From Raillietiella orientalis (Eukaryota), in the NCBI GenBank assembly GCA_036172245.1, contig JAYWIR010000005.1:3348001-3412000 (forward strand): a stretch of 64,000 bases of DNA, read 5' to 3'. The position numbers and the translations under genes are program-made. The notes under the pieces were generated by a model. That model saw nothing but the letters and a program-made list of their open reading frames with translations. It had not been told where the DNA came from and made no database searches. Below are positions 45,093-57,740 of the stretch, piece by piece (the first letter of the stretch is position 1; each line of letters begins with the position of its first letter).

Positions 45093-45100
45093 TGTACATA
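45093..45100 (+). promoter_or_regulatory. Pumilio response element (UGUACAUA) in the pumilio 3' UTR
   Basis: Exact match to UGUANAUA, 30 nt after the stop codon; eight more UGUA cores follow up to 45338. Confidence 0.7.
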
Positions 45101-45360
45101 GTTATATACTTCACGAAACTCCTGACGAATAGTAGTAGTGCAAAATGATTGACGGACTGATTATCATCGCATTCGACAACAGTGATCTCAACATGCTTGA
45201 TGGACTTGTAGATCAATTTGTTCATCACCAGATGCGTTTGTGTGGCTTGTGCTATGTCTGTATAAGTGATGACGAGTGTACCTGGTCCATGTAATTTTGT
45301 ACATGCTGTATCAAATGTATAGAACCAGGAATGCTGTATAAAAATTTTTCCAATAATATT

Positions 45361-48300
45361 TTATTGGTGCTTTGGTAACAAGGCGTTCAACTCTTGAATG
45401 ATTTGGTCAATGCGGGCACTTGTGCCAAGGAATTGTGTCGGATGAGGTCCAATCATGGCAATAAGAGTGGGCACTTCATTGTATGCTATCTGGGCAAAAC
45501 GCAGAAGTGCATGCAGCAGGATAAACAAATTTTCCTCAGCTGGTGTTTGGGTCAGGAACTGAAGTATGGCCATGGATATTTCGGTTGCCACATCATCGAA
45601 TACCTGTAATTCAAATTTTCAAAAATCGTGAAAGGAACAAACTTGGAGTCAAGAACGCAAATCATAGAATCATCTTCGTGATTTTAAGTCTAAATTTAGG
45701 TACCCAACAAGAGCAAGATCCGCCTGTGTACCTTATTCAGAGCGCCTTTGGGAAGGAGTTTTCGAACGCGTAAATTCAAGGTCAATTTCTGCAAAACAGA
45801 CAAGACAGTCAAAGCTAAATACGGAAACACAATAAACATTCAAAATACGCGGCATGCGTAAAAGGGGTTACGAGGTGAGCGCGTTACACGGACACAGTAC
45901 ATCAGCTTCTTTACCTCCTTCGACGCCAAGTTGTGAACCATGGCAACACCAATTTCTTGCAAATTCGCCGTGTCACCCAATAAAGCATTGACGGCCACTT
46001 TCGTGGTAACTCTGATGTTGTTTAGAGCCTTTGAATCTCTTTCCCATTCCGAGATGTACATGAGCCATTCCGAGCTGCTCCTATGTTCAAACAGATTGCA
46101 CAGCTACGGAAAAACTAATAGCACCGAATGTTACTACTTCCGTTCCTCACCAATAGTGCAGTGGCTTCCTGTTCTTCGATGGGCAGGCGATCGATTTCAG
46201 CTGCATAATTCATAAGTGCATGGTCCTTCCTGTCCAAATGCAGCAACAGAATCATATCCTCTTTGAGCCCGGCACTCGCTAGCAAACGCAGAAGATGGAC
46301 CCGGGCAGACGAAGGGATGCGCTTGTCATGAAGCAGATTGCCTTTGAGGGATGATGACATAATGAAAGACATGAGTCTCTTGGTGTAGTCCGAAATGAGT
46401 TGCAGTCTGTCATGCACAAACTCTTTAAGGTTGGTTACTTGTTAGAACAAGGGTTTTTTTTTTTTTTTTTTTTCTTCCCGCCTTCAAAACTCGGTCCGAA
46501 TTATGGAAAGCTTTTTTTATGCGTACAGTAAAATTATTATCCAAATTTACCGATAAAGGTCATGGTTGCTTCACTAATGCACCACGCACCCTCATTTTCT
46601 ACCGCGTATTGACGCAAGTCTGCCACAGATGGTTCCTGGCCAAGTTTGTCCTCGATGTTTTTGAGCAGCTCCTCGAATTCTTTTGCAGGCTGGAATTCAA
46701 TGCAACTTATTACCTCAACACAACGTCCGTGTAACCCTTTACATACGGAAAAACAGTTTTGCATACACGGATTCCATTTTCGACTGTCAACGCATCACTT
46801 AATCTGCACACATATTTGATCCAACACAATGAATCCCTACAAACAGAGCACTGCTCCCATAAGGAAACATGGGAGTGTCTAGAACTGAAAGAACTTTTCC
46901 TAAACACTCAGACTTTAGTACACGTATGTGTTCGTTCCCTTCAACTTTCGGATCCCGGATTTGTATTAATTACTCTTCTCCGATGAACCTTTTGACTTCC
47001 TCGCTAATGAACGCAAAGGCAACGACCTGCACGTATTCGGTGGTGGTGGAAAAGCGCGCGTTTGTCAAAACTCTTTAATAAATCAAATACATATAGGGGT
47101 AGTGTTTCCTGTGATCCTCCACATTCCGGTGACTCAAACGCCGAACACGGAAAGTCAACCTACTCACTTTTCTGGAAATATCAACGTTATGACGCAACGT
47201 GTACTCTCCACAGTACGCGGAGGCTCTTTTTTTCTTTTCCTTTTTTTTTTTTTTTACTTTTTTTTTTTTACAAAATTAGCATTACAACCAGTGAAGTTTT
47301 ACATTACTTGAGATTTCGGTGGCGTAAACGCACCTGAAAATTGCACCTTTACGCAAACACCACGTGTTTTCGTCTAAAGGTTCTATTCTGCCGGTTCCTC
47401 AACATGCTAGCAGGCTGAAAACACGTCTTCCTCCAGTCACACTGTACTCATACGAAACATTAGAATAAACAATGGCGTGCTAACATTCTATTACAAATCG
47501 GAAAACTATTTAGACTCAGTAAATGAGCACCGCGATCTCACTGAAAAATGACAAGGCTTCATAAAGACCACTTACTTGGATGTCCTTAAACACAGTAGCA
47601 GATTCTCTAAGCCTTTCTTTCTTATGCTCACTTTCGTTTACTTCCAAATTGTCGTCTATCATCCTAAGCCACCAAAGACACTAAGATTATACACGTATCA
47701 GCAATTTTCAGCATCTCACTCTTCACACGTCTCGGTAGCGTTTTGCCAGTTTTGCTCTATTCCCTTCGTTACCTGGATTAAGGAGGGTAAAACCAATTGA
47801 CCTAAAGACCTGACAGCCGGCTCAAAACTTATATTATTATTACGGCCTTACGTGCTTAATAGTGCCTGCGGGAGTCTCAGAATCTCCTCTGGGATCGTTT
47901 TCCCACAAAGGAATTCTGCAACTTCATTTGAAAAATTGTTGCAATTGTGATGTATCAAATCATAATCGCTACCCCTGTGAAAAACTAAAAATCAGATTGC
48001 GGGAATATCTTCATTACTCGTGCAAATTACGTATTTTGGCATGTGCTCCCCCACCCCTCCCTTTTAGAAAACTAGAGCTGCAGTTTTTGATTCAAGTCGC
48101 ACACGAACAGCAAAATTTCAAGAAGTAATAAGCAGAAATAACCTCATGCAAAATCAAAATACATTTTCGTGAAAACACGGTTGCAAATAAATAAGGATGT
48201 AATTGATCTGCCTGTTACCCTGTTCCAGCAAAAAACGTGGGATGTGCCAGAGGAATCACACCGAATTTTCATTAAAAGCTAAATTAGTAACATAATGATA

Positions 48301-51300
48301 AAAACCGACCCAATCATTTTACCGTAGAACGATAGAACAATTTATTATGTAGGAGCTTACCTAAAAGTGGTACTACTCAGAGATGCCAAGTACTCCTGGA
48401 ACAAGGAACTAGGGATGTGAGTTACACCAAGAAGCATTATACGATCAGGATTTCCCAAGATCGTTGCTCCCTGGAATGTTAAAGTCGTTTCTTAGGGGGG
48501 AGGAAAAAACTACTCCAGCTAATAATAGCATAAACAGCATGGTGAACACGAGTCCTGGAAACCCTAGTTGCCTAATGTACGGAAACCAAACGTGGAAAAT
48601 ACATTCAATCATACCGTGCACCAAACACGAACTCCCGTTTGACGTTCCCCATGCAACTAATACGACACGGAGGATTCTTGTGTGGTTGCAAAAAAAAAAA
48701 AAAAAGTTCTAAGAAGTAAAAAAAACACGGCAGATAAATAAATAGCAAACTGTTCGAAAACGCACAACTTACTAAAGGAGAACGTTTTTCAAAGTTTTTC
48801 CTACCGACAACTCTTGCCCTAGGCTCAAACCATAACGGCAATGCATGTTTTTTTCCTCATGTTTCCTATGAAAGCACTGTTCATGTGAGATGTACCTAGA
48901 GTAGGAGTGCACGCAAAATCATCTTCCGACAAGTTCGATCTCATACAAAAATAAAGGATTTCAAAAAAAGGGGGGGGGGGGATGGAGGAACAAAAAAGGC
49001 TGTTTCTTTTCTTCGCTTCTTTCTTAATGAAGAGTTTCTCTTAAAGACATACCACAAAATGAAATGCAGTGATACTCCTGTGATCGCTCCGGATGAAAAG
49101 CGATACGAAGATGATAACTCATTAAATTGCATAACAAGATAAACAATAAACAACGATAACCAACCGTGTTTGCACTGGCATGAGTGTTGTATATCAGAGA
49201 GCATTTTTACCCACTACATGTAATTATGTAACAAGCACATAGGATAATCAGAAAAATCTGAAATTATGAAATTTTACAGAGTTTTTGTGCTAGACCTGAT
49301 AGCAGTCTAGAATGATGAGACAAAGGATTCACAGTTCAGCATTACATACGCACGTGGGGGCGTATGTTGAACTAAAATATAGTGCTTTCACATGTGTAAT
49401 GACCAAAAACACACAAACTTGACATTTCACAGAAAGTGATGAATATGAGATGATGAATCGTATTAAAACAATCACGAATGTTGATCCTGCTTATGAACTG
49501 CATTCTCGAGAAATTCCAGAAAATCAGATTCACAGGAGTCTGCATAACCATGACATGAGATGGATGAGTACGTTAAAAAACTTCCAGATATTTATGAACT
49601 CACTCATTAGGTAGTGGTATATACTTCACGATGACGAGAGTACACATAAACTGTTTTTTAAATATGAGGCAAACTAGTGGCTTTAGAAAATTTAGTTTCA
49701 CACAACGTTGATGTGTAACTAAAAAGTTAACTGTACTTGAGTATACTTTAGCAAACTGACAATGGAAATAACAGTCATGAAGGCATGAAATGTTTCCAAC
49801 TGGGTGTAATAAACATATTTAAAGTATGCCACTAAATTTAGTGTACAAGCACGGGGTTGCACAACAAAAAATTTGGTACTAATTAATATTCAAGTATTTC
49901 AGCAATATTTAAAATGATCAGCAACCATGCTATGCCTACATGGTATAAAAAAAGGTGACATCAGAAAATCTTTGGTTGAGTGAATCACTCTGGAATTCTC
50001 TTTCCCTAGAGGTTTTTAATGTCAATAAATTTCCATGAATCATTTGGGTGATTAGGCCATATCAGCTCTACAGTCTACTTTTTTTTTTGGTTCTTGAAAA
50101 AGATTTACAATAAAAGTTATACAGATAACAAATGAAGTTGAAGCACTGTGTAAAACATCCCATAAGAACCTTTCCTTAAGATTCTATTAAAAAAAAACAT
50201 GCATTCAAATCTCACATTATGCTACCAAAACTCTAATCATTAAAAAAAAAACTGTGAAACTAGGAAAAGTGTAGACTTCGATAGGAAATTGTTTTGCAAA
50301 TAGCAACACAAAAGCTGAAAAATGTTCATAGAATTGAAAAGATCATAATTTAAAATGTTGAATGTCCAAACTGAATGAACTTGAAAAGAAAATGAATCAA
50401 CTTTTTTTTCTTCTTCTAGATTCATAAGACATGCTGGTATTACATGAATTTACAATCAAAGCAATTAATACAGAATTTAGTTTCATGAAATGCAAAATGA
50501 TTAAAACTAGTTGGCTACACAAAGAAACTGGCATGCAATCTATGTGTTTGCAATTTATGCAAAGCACATTTAATACAATTTGAACTTTGAGAACAGAAAC
50601 CATTTACACATCTCACTTTCTAATAAGCAAAATGCTTTAAAATCAAAGTTATAAAAGGTATAATTACATCAAGTGAAACCACAATTAGAGGAAAATCCAC
50701 ATAAAGTATATTAGAGTAAGTCTATGAAAATGCTACAGTTTATATTCTGAATGCGTCCAGTATTTATAATCAGTTTTTTTAGAATCCATTTCATATTATT
50801 CAGCTGCATATTAATGTTCAAGTTAGTGCATGCATACATTGTCATAACTAATGAATGATTTTTCAAAGAGTACTCATGTTAAAGTTTGAAATTATGAGGT
50901 TCTTTTCTTCTATGATAAATGTGCTTCCCTAAGTCACATGAACTGACAAATGTAATATAAATGCTGAAACCTAAAAACAGTAAATTATGAAAAAATAATA
51001 CAGCCAGATACAAAACATGGAGGCATTACTATTAATAAAGAACACACTTACATGGCAGAAAAGGATACAGCAAAGGGTAATTTAACTTCGTCTCATATAT
51101 AAATATAGGCTTATTTGGTAAAAGAAATTTCTAATTTGATATGCATATATTAATTTGATATACTAATTTGATAATTTGATATATACTATAACAAATTAAT
51201 AATAAGCTCATCCACTGGGATTCATTTCATTCCCTTTTACTGATAAGAGTGCACAACTCGTATGAACTTTTGATTATATTAAAGCATTCACAAAATTTTC

Positions 51301-52548
51301 ACTGATGCAACAAATATAATTTTCAGGTTTAGATATCTCCTTTCTTTCCAATATGTACAATTCAGTTAAAGCAAACCCTTTGTTAATCTTACCGGATCAC
51401 AGGTATGGATCCCAAATGCACCAAAAAAGTATTCTTTGTTGAATACTACCACTGATGTATGCCATATGCCATCAATCTGTTTTCCTAATATTCCACAAAT
51501 AAGGGAGCATGGAGCTGCAATTTTTTTTTCTTTTCCAAACATTGCAAATTACATTCATAACGACAAAAAAGAAATCGAAACACCGACTCATATTTAACTT
51601 TTTATTTTCCACTGAAGAAGATTCAGGTAAGAATTAGATTTTTAAAATATGGGTAGTGCGATTACCTAGATAACCAAACAAAAAGTGCACACCGTTTACA
51701 ACCTAAATATCATGAAAAGTAGTATCATTTATTCTTTAGCATTAAAAGATTATCTCAATGTCATTTTGTTCCATAACTCGTAGTAAATGCAATGCCTGTA
51801 ATATATTCCTGAATGCTACTGTAAGTCATTCGTGACTGTGCCTTTAATAATTCAGCAAACTTGGCAATATCAGGGGGGGGGGGACTAATACAAATAAGCA
51901 CAGACTGCTTTAAAATTAGACAGCAATTTCACAGCTTTAATTTTGACAGTATTATTTCATTTCGAATTATTAGTTACGACTTATTTCAAACCAAGAATTC
52001 GAACTTATGTACCAATTCTTTTTTTTGCATGTGATTATTATTACAATATTCCTACATGATTTCCTCAATATACTACATCGAACATTTCTTCGTTAGAAAA
52101 AATACACACACACACACCTGAAACTATTTGTACAACCAAACTTGTGCACATAATATTAAACGTAGCATTTATATTTGCCCTTATTAAACTATACGGCTTA
52201 GTTTGAGTACCATAACATGCAATAAGGCTTGTAGTGCTTAAAAAAACAAATGAATAAATAAAAAATCAACAAAACTGTGCAACAATTGCATTACTGAGCT
52301 ACTTAATTAGTCTCTTTACAACTGCTTTCCACAATAATCATATAATTCATTCTGTATCGCCGAATATCATTTTCTACATTAATGATACACACACGTATTT
52401 TAAAATACTGAATCCTTTCACCCATATAATGAACGCAAATACGTTGAGATATCAAAAACTCCTACGTACCAAGAAATAAGGAACTATGTGCTTTTGCCAG
52501 GCCTCGCGAGATATCGTAAACATACAGATTTACTTTCGAAGAACCCAT
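45361..52548 (-). CDS. DeSI1/PPPDE-family isopeptidase with a C-terminal PUL-like helical domain. Exons 52548-52470, 51484-51393, 48470-48361, 47974-47852, 47809-47720, 47663-47576, 46689-46551, 46341-46151, 46103-45915, 45603-45361
   Basis: The spliced product reads [18 protein letters not shown]...[13 protein letters not shown]...GATILGNP...[25 protein letters not shown], with the catalytic His (WHT) and Cys (HNCN) intact. It continues LCNLFEH...[14 protein letters not shown]...[24 protein letters not shown], as in arthropod PPPDE-PUL proteins. All junctions are phase-consistent. Confidence 0.9.
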
Positions 52549-55500
52549 GGTGAAGGTCTTGAACTAGAATTTGGTATATATCCACATTATATTCAGATTT
52601 CACATTCTGATCATATATCGGGGTACACTCACAATAAGGCACAGAACCATGTAGTTGTCCATACGCAAAGGCCCTTCATATCCACATCACAGTAAATTAT
52701 GGAATTGCAAGGTTACCAACTGCAAACAGCATGCGCTGAGCGCATACAAATTTAAATCCAAATTAAAATTAAAATTATGTTTGTGCAAATGGTTCTGAAA
52801 TGTGAAATAATTTCAGCTTTGCTCTGATATCATAATGTGGGAAGATGGATAATGGATCTGTTCAAGCCGAATTTCTGGAGATGCCCATTATTTAGTGGAA
52901 TCACAAACCAAACATTAGATAGGATAGGTGCAATATTCATTACTTCAGAGGTAGCATTTATAGGAGTGTATAGATTGAAAGGAAAACATACAACTATGAA
53001 GAGTGTAGAACGCTTCGATATTAGGGTAGACGTGAAAACATTCTGCTTTCAAGAGAGGACTTACAAGATTGCTGATTGAGTTCTAGGAATATTGCAATTT
53101 TTGAGCCAGTGAAATGAAACGCACCTCCTAGTTTTCCTTGCACAAGCTTCTAAACTACTCGTATGACTTCTCAAGACATACAATAGATTTACTTTTAAAA
53201 TTGGTTCAGATCAGATGATTCATGATACTGATTTTTTTCGGATCATCCTATTATAACACTAGATTTCCCATTGGGTGATAGTCTTAATCACCTATCATTA
53301 TAATAAAGATTTGCGTTTTTGCAAATCAAGCTGCATTTCATCCTCCCACTCTGAAGTGTTTGGAACTATCGAATTTTTTGTTTGTATACCAGTTACTTGT
53401 CAATATTTGCTCTCGCTCGTTATTTTTCCGAGAGAAATAAGTTGCTTTCATGTTTTTAAACAGCTTTCGAAGCTGGTTAACGAATGGGCAAGAAATTTCC
53501 TCATGTATCGAACTTTGGTATTTTGCTAATGAACTAAAAGGTGTTTGGTTTTTTTGTTTTTGGTTTGAACATCGATCCCTTCTTATGCTCAAATCAGTTT
53601 GGGATTCGATTAAGAGTCAATCATTTGGAATCAGAGTTTTGGAAAAGCTTTTTGAATGTGCTTCTAAGATTATGAATAATCAATTACAGCATACTTACTT
53701 GTTTCTCCATTGATCCAATTTTGGATAAGATGTATTTCAACAAAATTTGTGGAATATTCTCTCGAATATATTCACACATGTTAGACGTCTCATTCTGTTT
53801 ATGTATTTCATTTAACTTTAGAATTTCTTTCAGTTAGAGGTAAGGGATTTATTAAATTTGTATCTAAATTTTCACATGCTGTAGAGCAGTTTCGAACCAA
53901 AACTTCCATTCCAAGAATTTAATTCTCGTTTTTATTTAGCGCAGTACATCATGATGTACAAATAATTACGGCTAGAGAACAGCACCATCTGCAATACAAG
54001 AAACCATAAACCTTCGAAATGCTGAAATGTAGGACGCTATTTGGAACTTTTCTCGAATTGATTAAGAATACTGTTGAATATACTATCATATATGTGTATG
54101 TAAGAAAAACACATTTAACATTAGAGTTGACATGGCAGTCTTAACTGTATTAAAGAAGCCATGATCTCAGTTGCGTGGAAATACAAGAACGAGAGACGGC
54201 TTTAAGAAGAGAAGCAAAAAACTTTGGCTTACCGTTGGTTATATATTCTCTAGCTTTATTTATTTTCAGTTTTTCAGTTCTTTTACTATTTGTTTGTATC
54301 GCGAATTCGGCTAGTCGATTCCAGTTTATGATACTTGGAAAACTCAATTGTTTTCCAAGTACAAAGCTGCGATAAATATCGGATTTTTTTTTTCATTTTT
54401 AACTTTTTTTTTAAACATTATGAATACATTTATGTATTGCTTCTGCAATATGCATTCAACATACTGAGTGATTCTATGTTGAAAAAATATTTTCCCTTTT
54501 TACCGACCTATGTAGGTATATACATAAAGAATATGTTTGTTTTAGATCTATCTACTTTACGACTCTTTGTTGAAGATTGGTTTTGGAGGACATATTGATA
54601 GTTATTTTGCTTAATCAGGAATTATTGTCAAGGTATTTGCAAATAGATTACCTACATTATGTTTCTGCGTTTTAGGCAATTGATACATGAGCCCTATTCA
54701 TTTAAATAGTCAGACTGCTATTATTTGTTGGTTTATTGTCAGCTTATTATACAAGGATTGCACTCTGATCTACTCAACGCAATAAGGTATCCTAAAGAAA
54801 GGAAAATTATAAATGAAAGATTTTCTTGCATACCCTGGAAAATCATTTGGTGCAGCTAGGAATGCTGCGCATGTACCTTTGCGCACACATAAGTTTACAC
54901 CTGTTTTTCATCCCTTTGCTCATCTACTTTCAAGCTCAGTCTTCCATCATGCTGTTGTACCTTTTGATGCCTACCGTGTCTGATCATGTCTTTGGCTTAC
55001 ATATCCCCTTCACCTTAGTGGGAGTTTCGTTCATTGGCTTTATTCTTCCCTTAATTCTGATCAGAAAGATGAAAAAATTGTCTTTTTCCTCCTTTTAGAG
55101 CTTTTATTTCTTTCTACATTCAAGAGTAATGGTGGCGATTAAAATAATGAAGTGGTAATGGATGATGAAGCGATCTTCGTTTCTAGGTCCTGCTAACGAA
55201 ATGCATTCTGGAGAAACTACGAAAGGCTATCAATATGAGTGGAAGCTAATATCTATTAAAGCCAGAGTTTATGGAAAAAGGGGTCATCTATTTGTCCTAA
55301 GCTTTACATAGTCTTGAGTTAGGCAAATGGAGAGACCATGAATGGAAGATGACAGTATTCTCGAGCTCTCGGGAGAATTTCGTAAGAAAGCTTAATGGCT
55401 TTGAGAAGTCGCTGGGTTTTTTTGAGGTCGGTGTTCGCTAAATGACGGAAACCTTGAGCTTTCTGATCAAGGGGTTACTAAAGGCCAAAACAAAGACATT

Positions 55501-57740
55501 TAAATGAATGGCGCGTGTGCTGCTGGAGGCCGTAAAGGACACGGCAGCAATAAAAGTTGCTACAGAACCTTCTCACTTACTCTTCCGAACGTCCGAATAA
55601 AACGCGAACACGCAGACGGCATTCTTGAGTGCCGTCCGCACGTCAGCGAGATGAAGCGAGACCAGGAAAGCCGTCCATTCCCAGAATACCCCTTTCCTCC
55701 TCCACAGATTGGACCGAATTTTCGGAACCAAAAGCTGAAAAACTGCCTTCCTTGTGACGATTTTGGATCGCTCTCTTCTCCTGAATGATGACTGCATGCG
55801 AGGTCGGAAGAGGCACTCTCAGTTTGGCTGCTCTTCAGTGGTTTGCGCAGAGTGCTTTTGTCTGCGTTTTTTCATCTTTCCTGCTACGAGCGGAACATCT
55901 AGGTTCTTTGGTACATTTAATTTCCATTCCAGGGTACTGCTGAGCGAGACAACCCTATATCCGGTTGCGCCTGTTGGACAGGCACTCGATTGCTCCTCTG
56001 CGAAGCGATGACGAACCACTACGGTCGTGGTTTAACCGGAAAGGTGGGTTCCGTTCCAGACGAGACTCACCAGTGAGGAAGAATGGATTTCCTCGGCCTT
56101 TTCCCCGTTTTTCATCCCCCCAAAGGGGGGACAGCATCGTTATCAAATAAAAATGTTGAAGAAATAATTCATTTACATAATTAAAATTACTCATCACACA
56201 ATACATATTAATAATACTTTTCAAAGACATCAAATTAAATTTTATGCAATCAAGAATGTACAATTAAATACAATAAAAAGTATGAATTTTAAATGCTAAT
56301 ATTTGTAAGATATTAGAAACTGAGCTCATTTTTCAGTTTTTTTGGAAGGGATGATTTTGTTATTCAGTACGAATTTTCCTAACTGCATTATGAAGCATTA
56401 AATATTTATTTATAGTATGAACATTGGAGGTATTTATAGATTGCAACATATCCTTGCAGGTTACATATATATTATTATAATGGATGGATGAGAACTTCAA
56501 ACTGGCACGACTCCAGTCCACGCTCCTTTTCGCGGGCTTGGCTACCATGCTGATCGCGCGAGCTGACGTCACCTCCGCGGAGCCGGACTCCAGCAGACGG
56601 GCTTGAAGTCGTAAGTGCTGCATTCCATTCCACGTCTTCCGCAGAAGCATCTTCGATTGCGCGGATCCCGATTCTCCGGCACTTGCATCATCGAACGGCT
56701 TGCCTGAACGGAGTCGTCATCGTTATCCACTCAGCGACTGCAAACGGCCGAAAGCCGATACCATGGAGGGGAGAGACGAGAAGGAAGCTCGAGAGGAGCT
56801 TCCCCGGTTTTTCCAGGAAGTCTCTTAGGACGGGAGGTCCGACTGTTGGCCTCGCGGAACCCTGGATGAGGATGAGGATAGGGGGGGGGGGGATGAGGTC
56901 GTCCTCAGGTGCACGCACACCCCGAGCTATGACATACTCCCTGCCTTCCTTACGCTCCTTCCCTGACCGCGGGGCCCTCAGGAAAGCGTCGGCGTGCATC
57001 CCAAGGTGGTCTACTATCGATCCCTCCTTCCCTCGAAGAGGCGACTCTTCGGGCTGCATTGGGGAACGCCGCCACCCTGCGCCCGCCGCCTGTCGAGATG
57101 AATCCGCTCCGGCACTCTGTCCTTCGGACAGAAAGAGGAAAGCAGCGTTCCTTCCGGAGGAGCGAAGCAAGGCGTGGTTTTCATCCGGGTTGGTGCCCAC
57201 GGGTCCCTCAGAAGCAGGAGGAAGGCGGCAACCTCTCCATAAAGGGCATCCAGGGTGATTCCACCCCCCCCCCCTCTCCGTTCCGGTTAGCTGGGCGCCC
57301 AGCATCGATCCCCCCTTTCCCAGTCTCTTTCAAACAGGATGGGGAACCTCCAGATGGGAAGCAGACCGCGAGTGAAGGAGGGAAACCTGGAGCAGAGGTG
57401 GCATCAGGGGACACCTCCTTCCTGTGGCGCACCCCACCTCCCCACTCGCAGAGAGAAGGTCCGAGATGTTTCCTTGCGCCGCCTTTTTCTTTTTCCTTTT
57501 TTATTGTCATCATCATCATTATCATCATTGCCGCACACCGTTTTCAGTTCCGCTTTCACTTCCCTCGGAATCTCTCAGAGAAGAGTCTTCAGGTGGGAGA
57601 GTCTTCGGAGAGACCCAGCAGAGGAGACAAGGAAGGGGAGAGAAAGGAGGAGGAAGAAAGCTCCAGGGTCTTCCGGAAGCTCTTCTCCTTCCCTCCGTGC
57701 TCCCCTTCTTCAAACGCGCGCGCGCGTACCCTGCCATCGC

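Noticed and set aside
46710..47030. Candidate extra DeSI exons in the 47575-46690 intron
   Set aside because: The direct junction VFKDIQ|PAKEF already matches the expected protein; the intervening frames show no homology.
47700..47720. In-frame TGA after ...TCEE in the DeSI gene, suggesting readthrough or a split gene
   Set aside because: The TGA lies inside a GTGAGA splice donor; a 56-nt intron restores the frame. Retention would give a peptidase-only form, but nothing here supports that.
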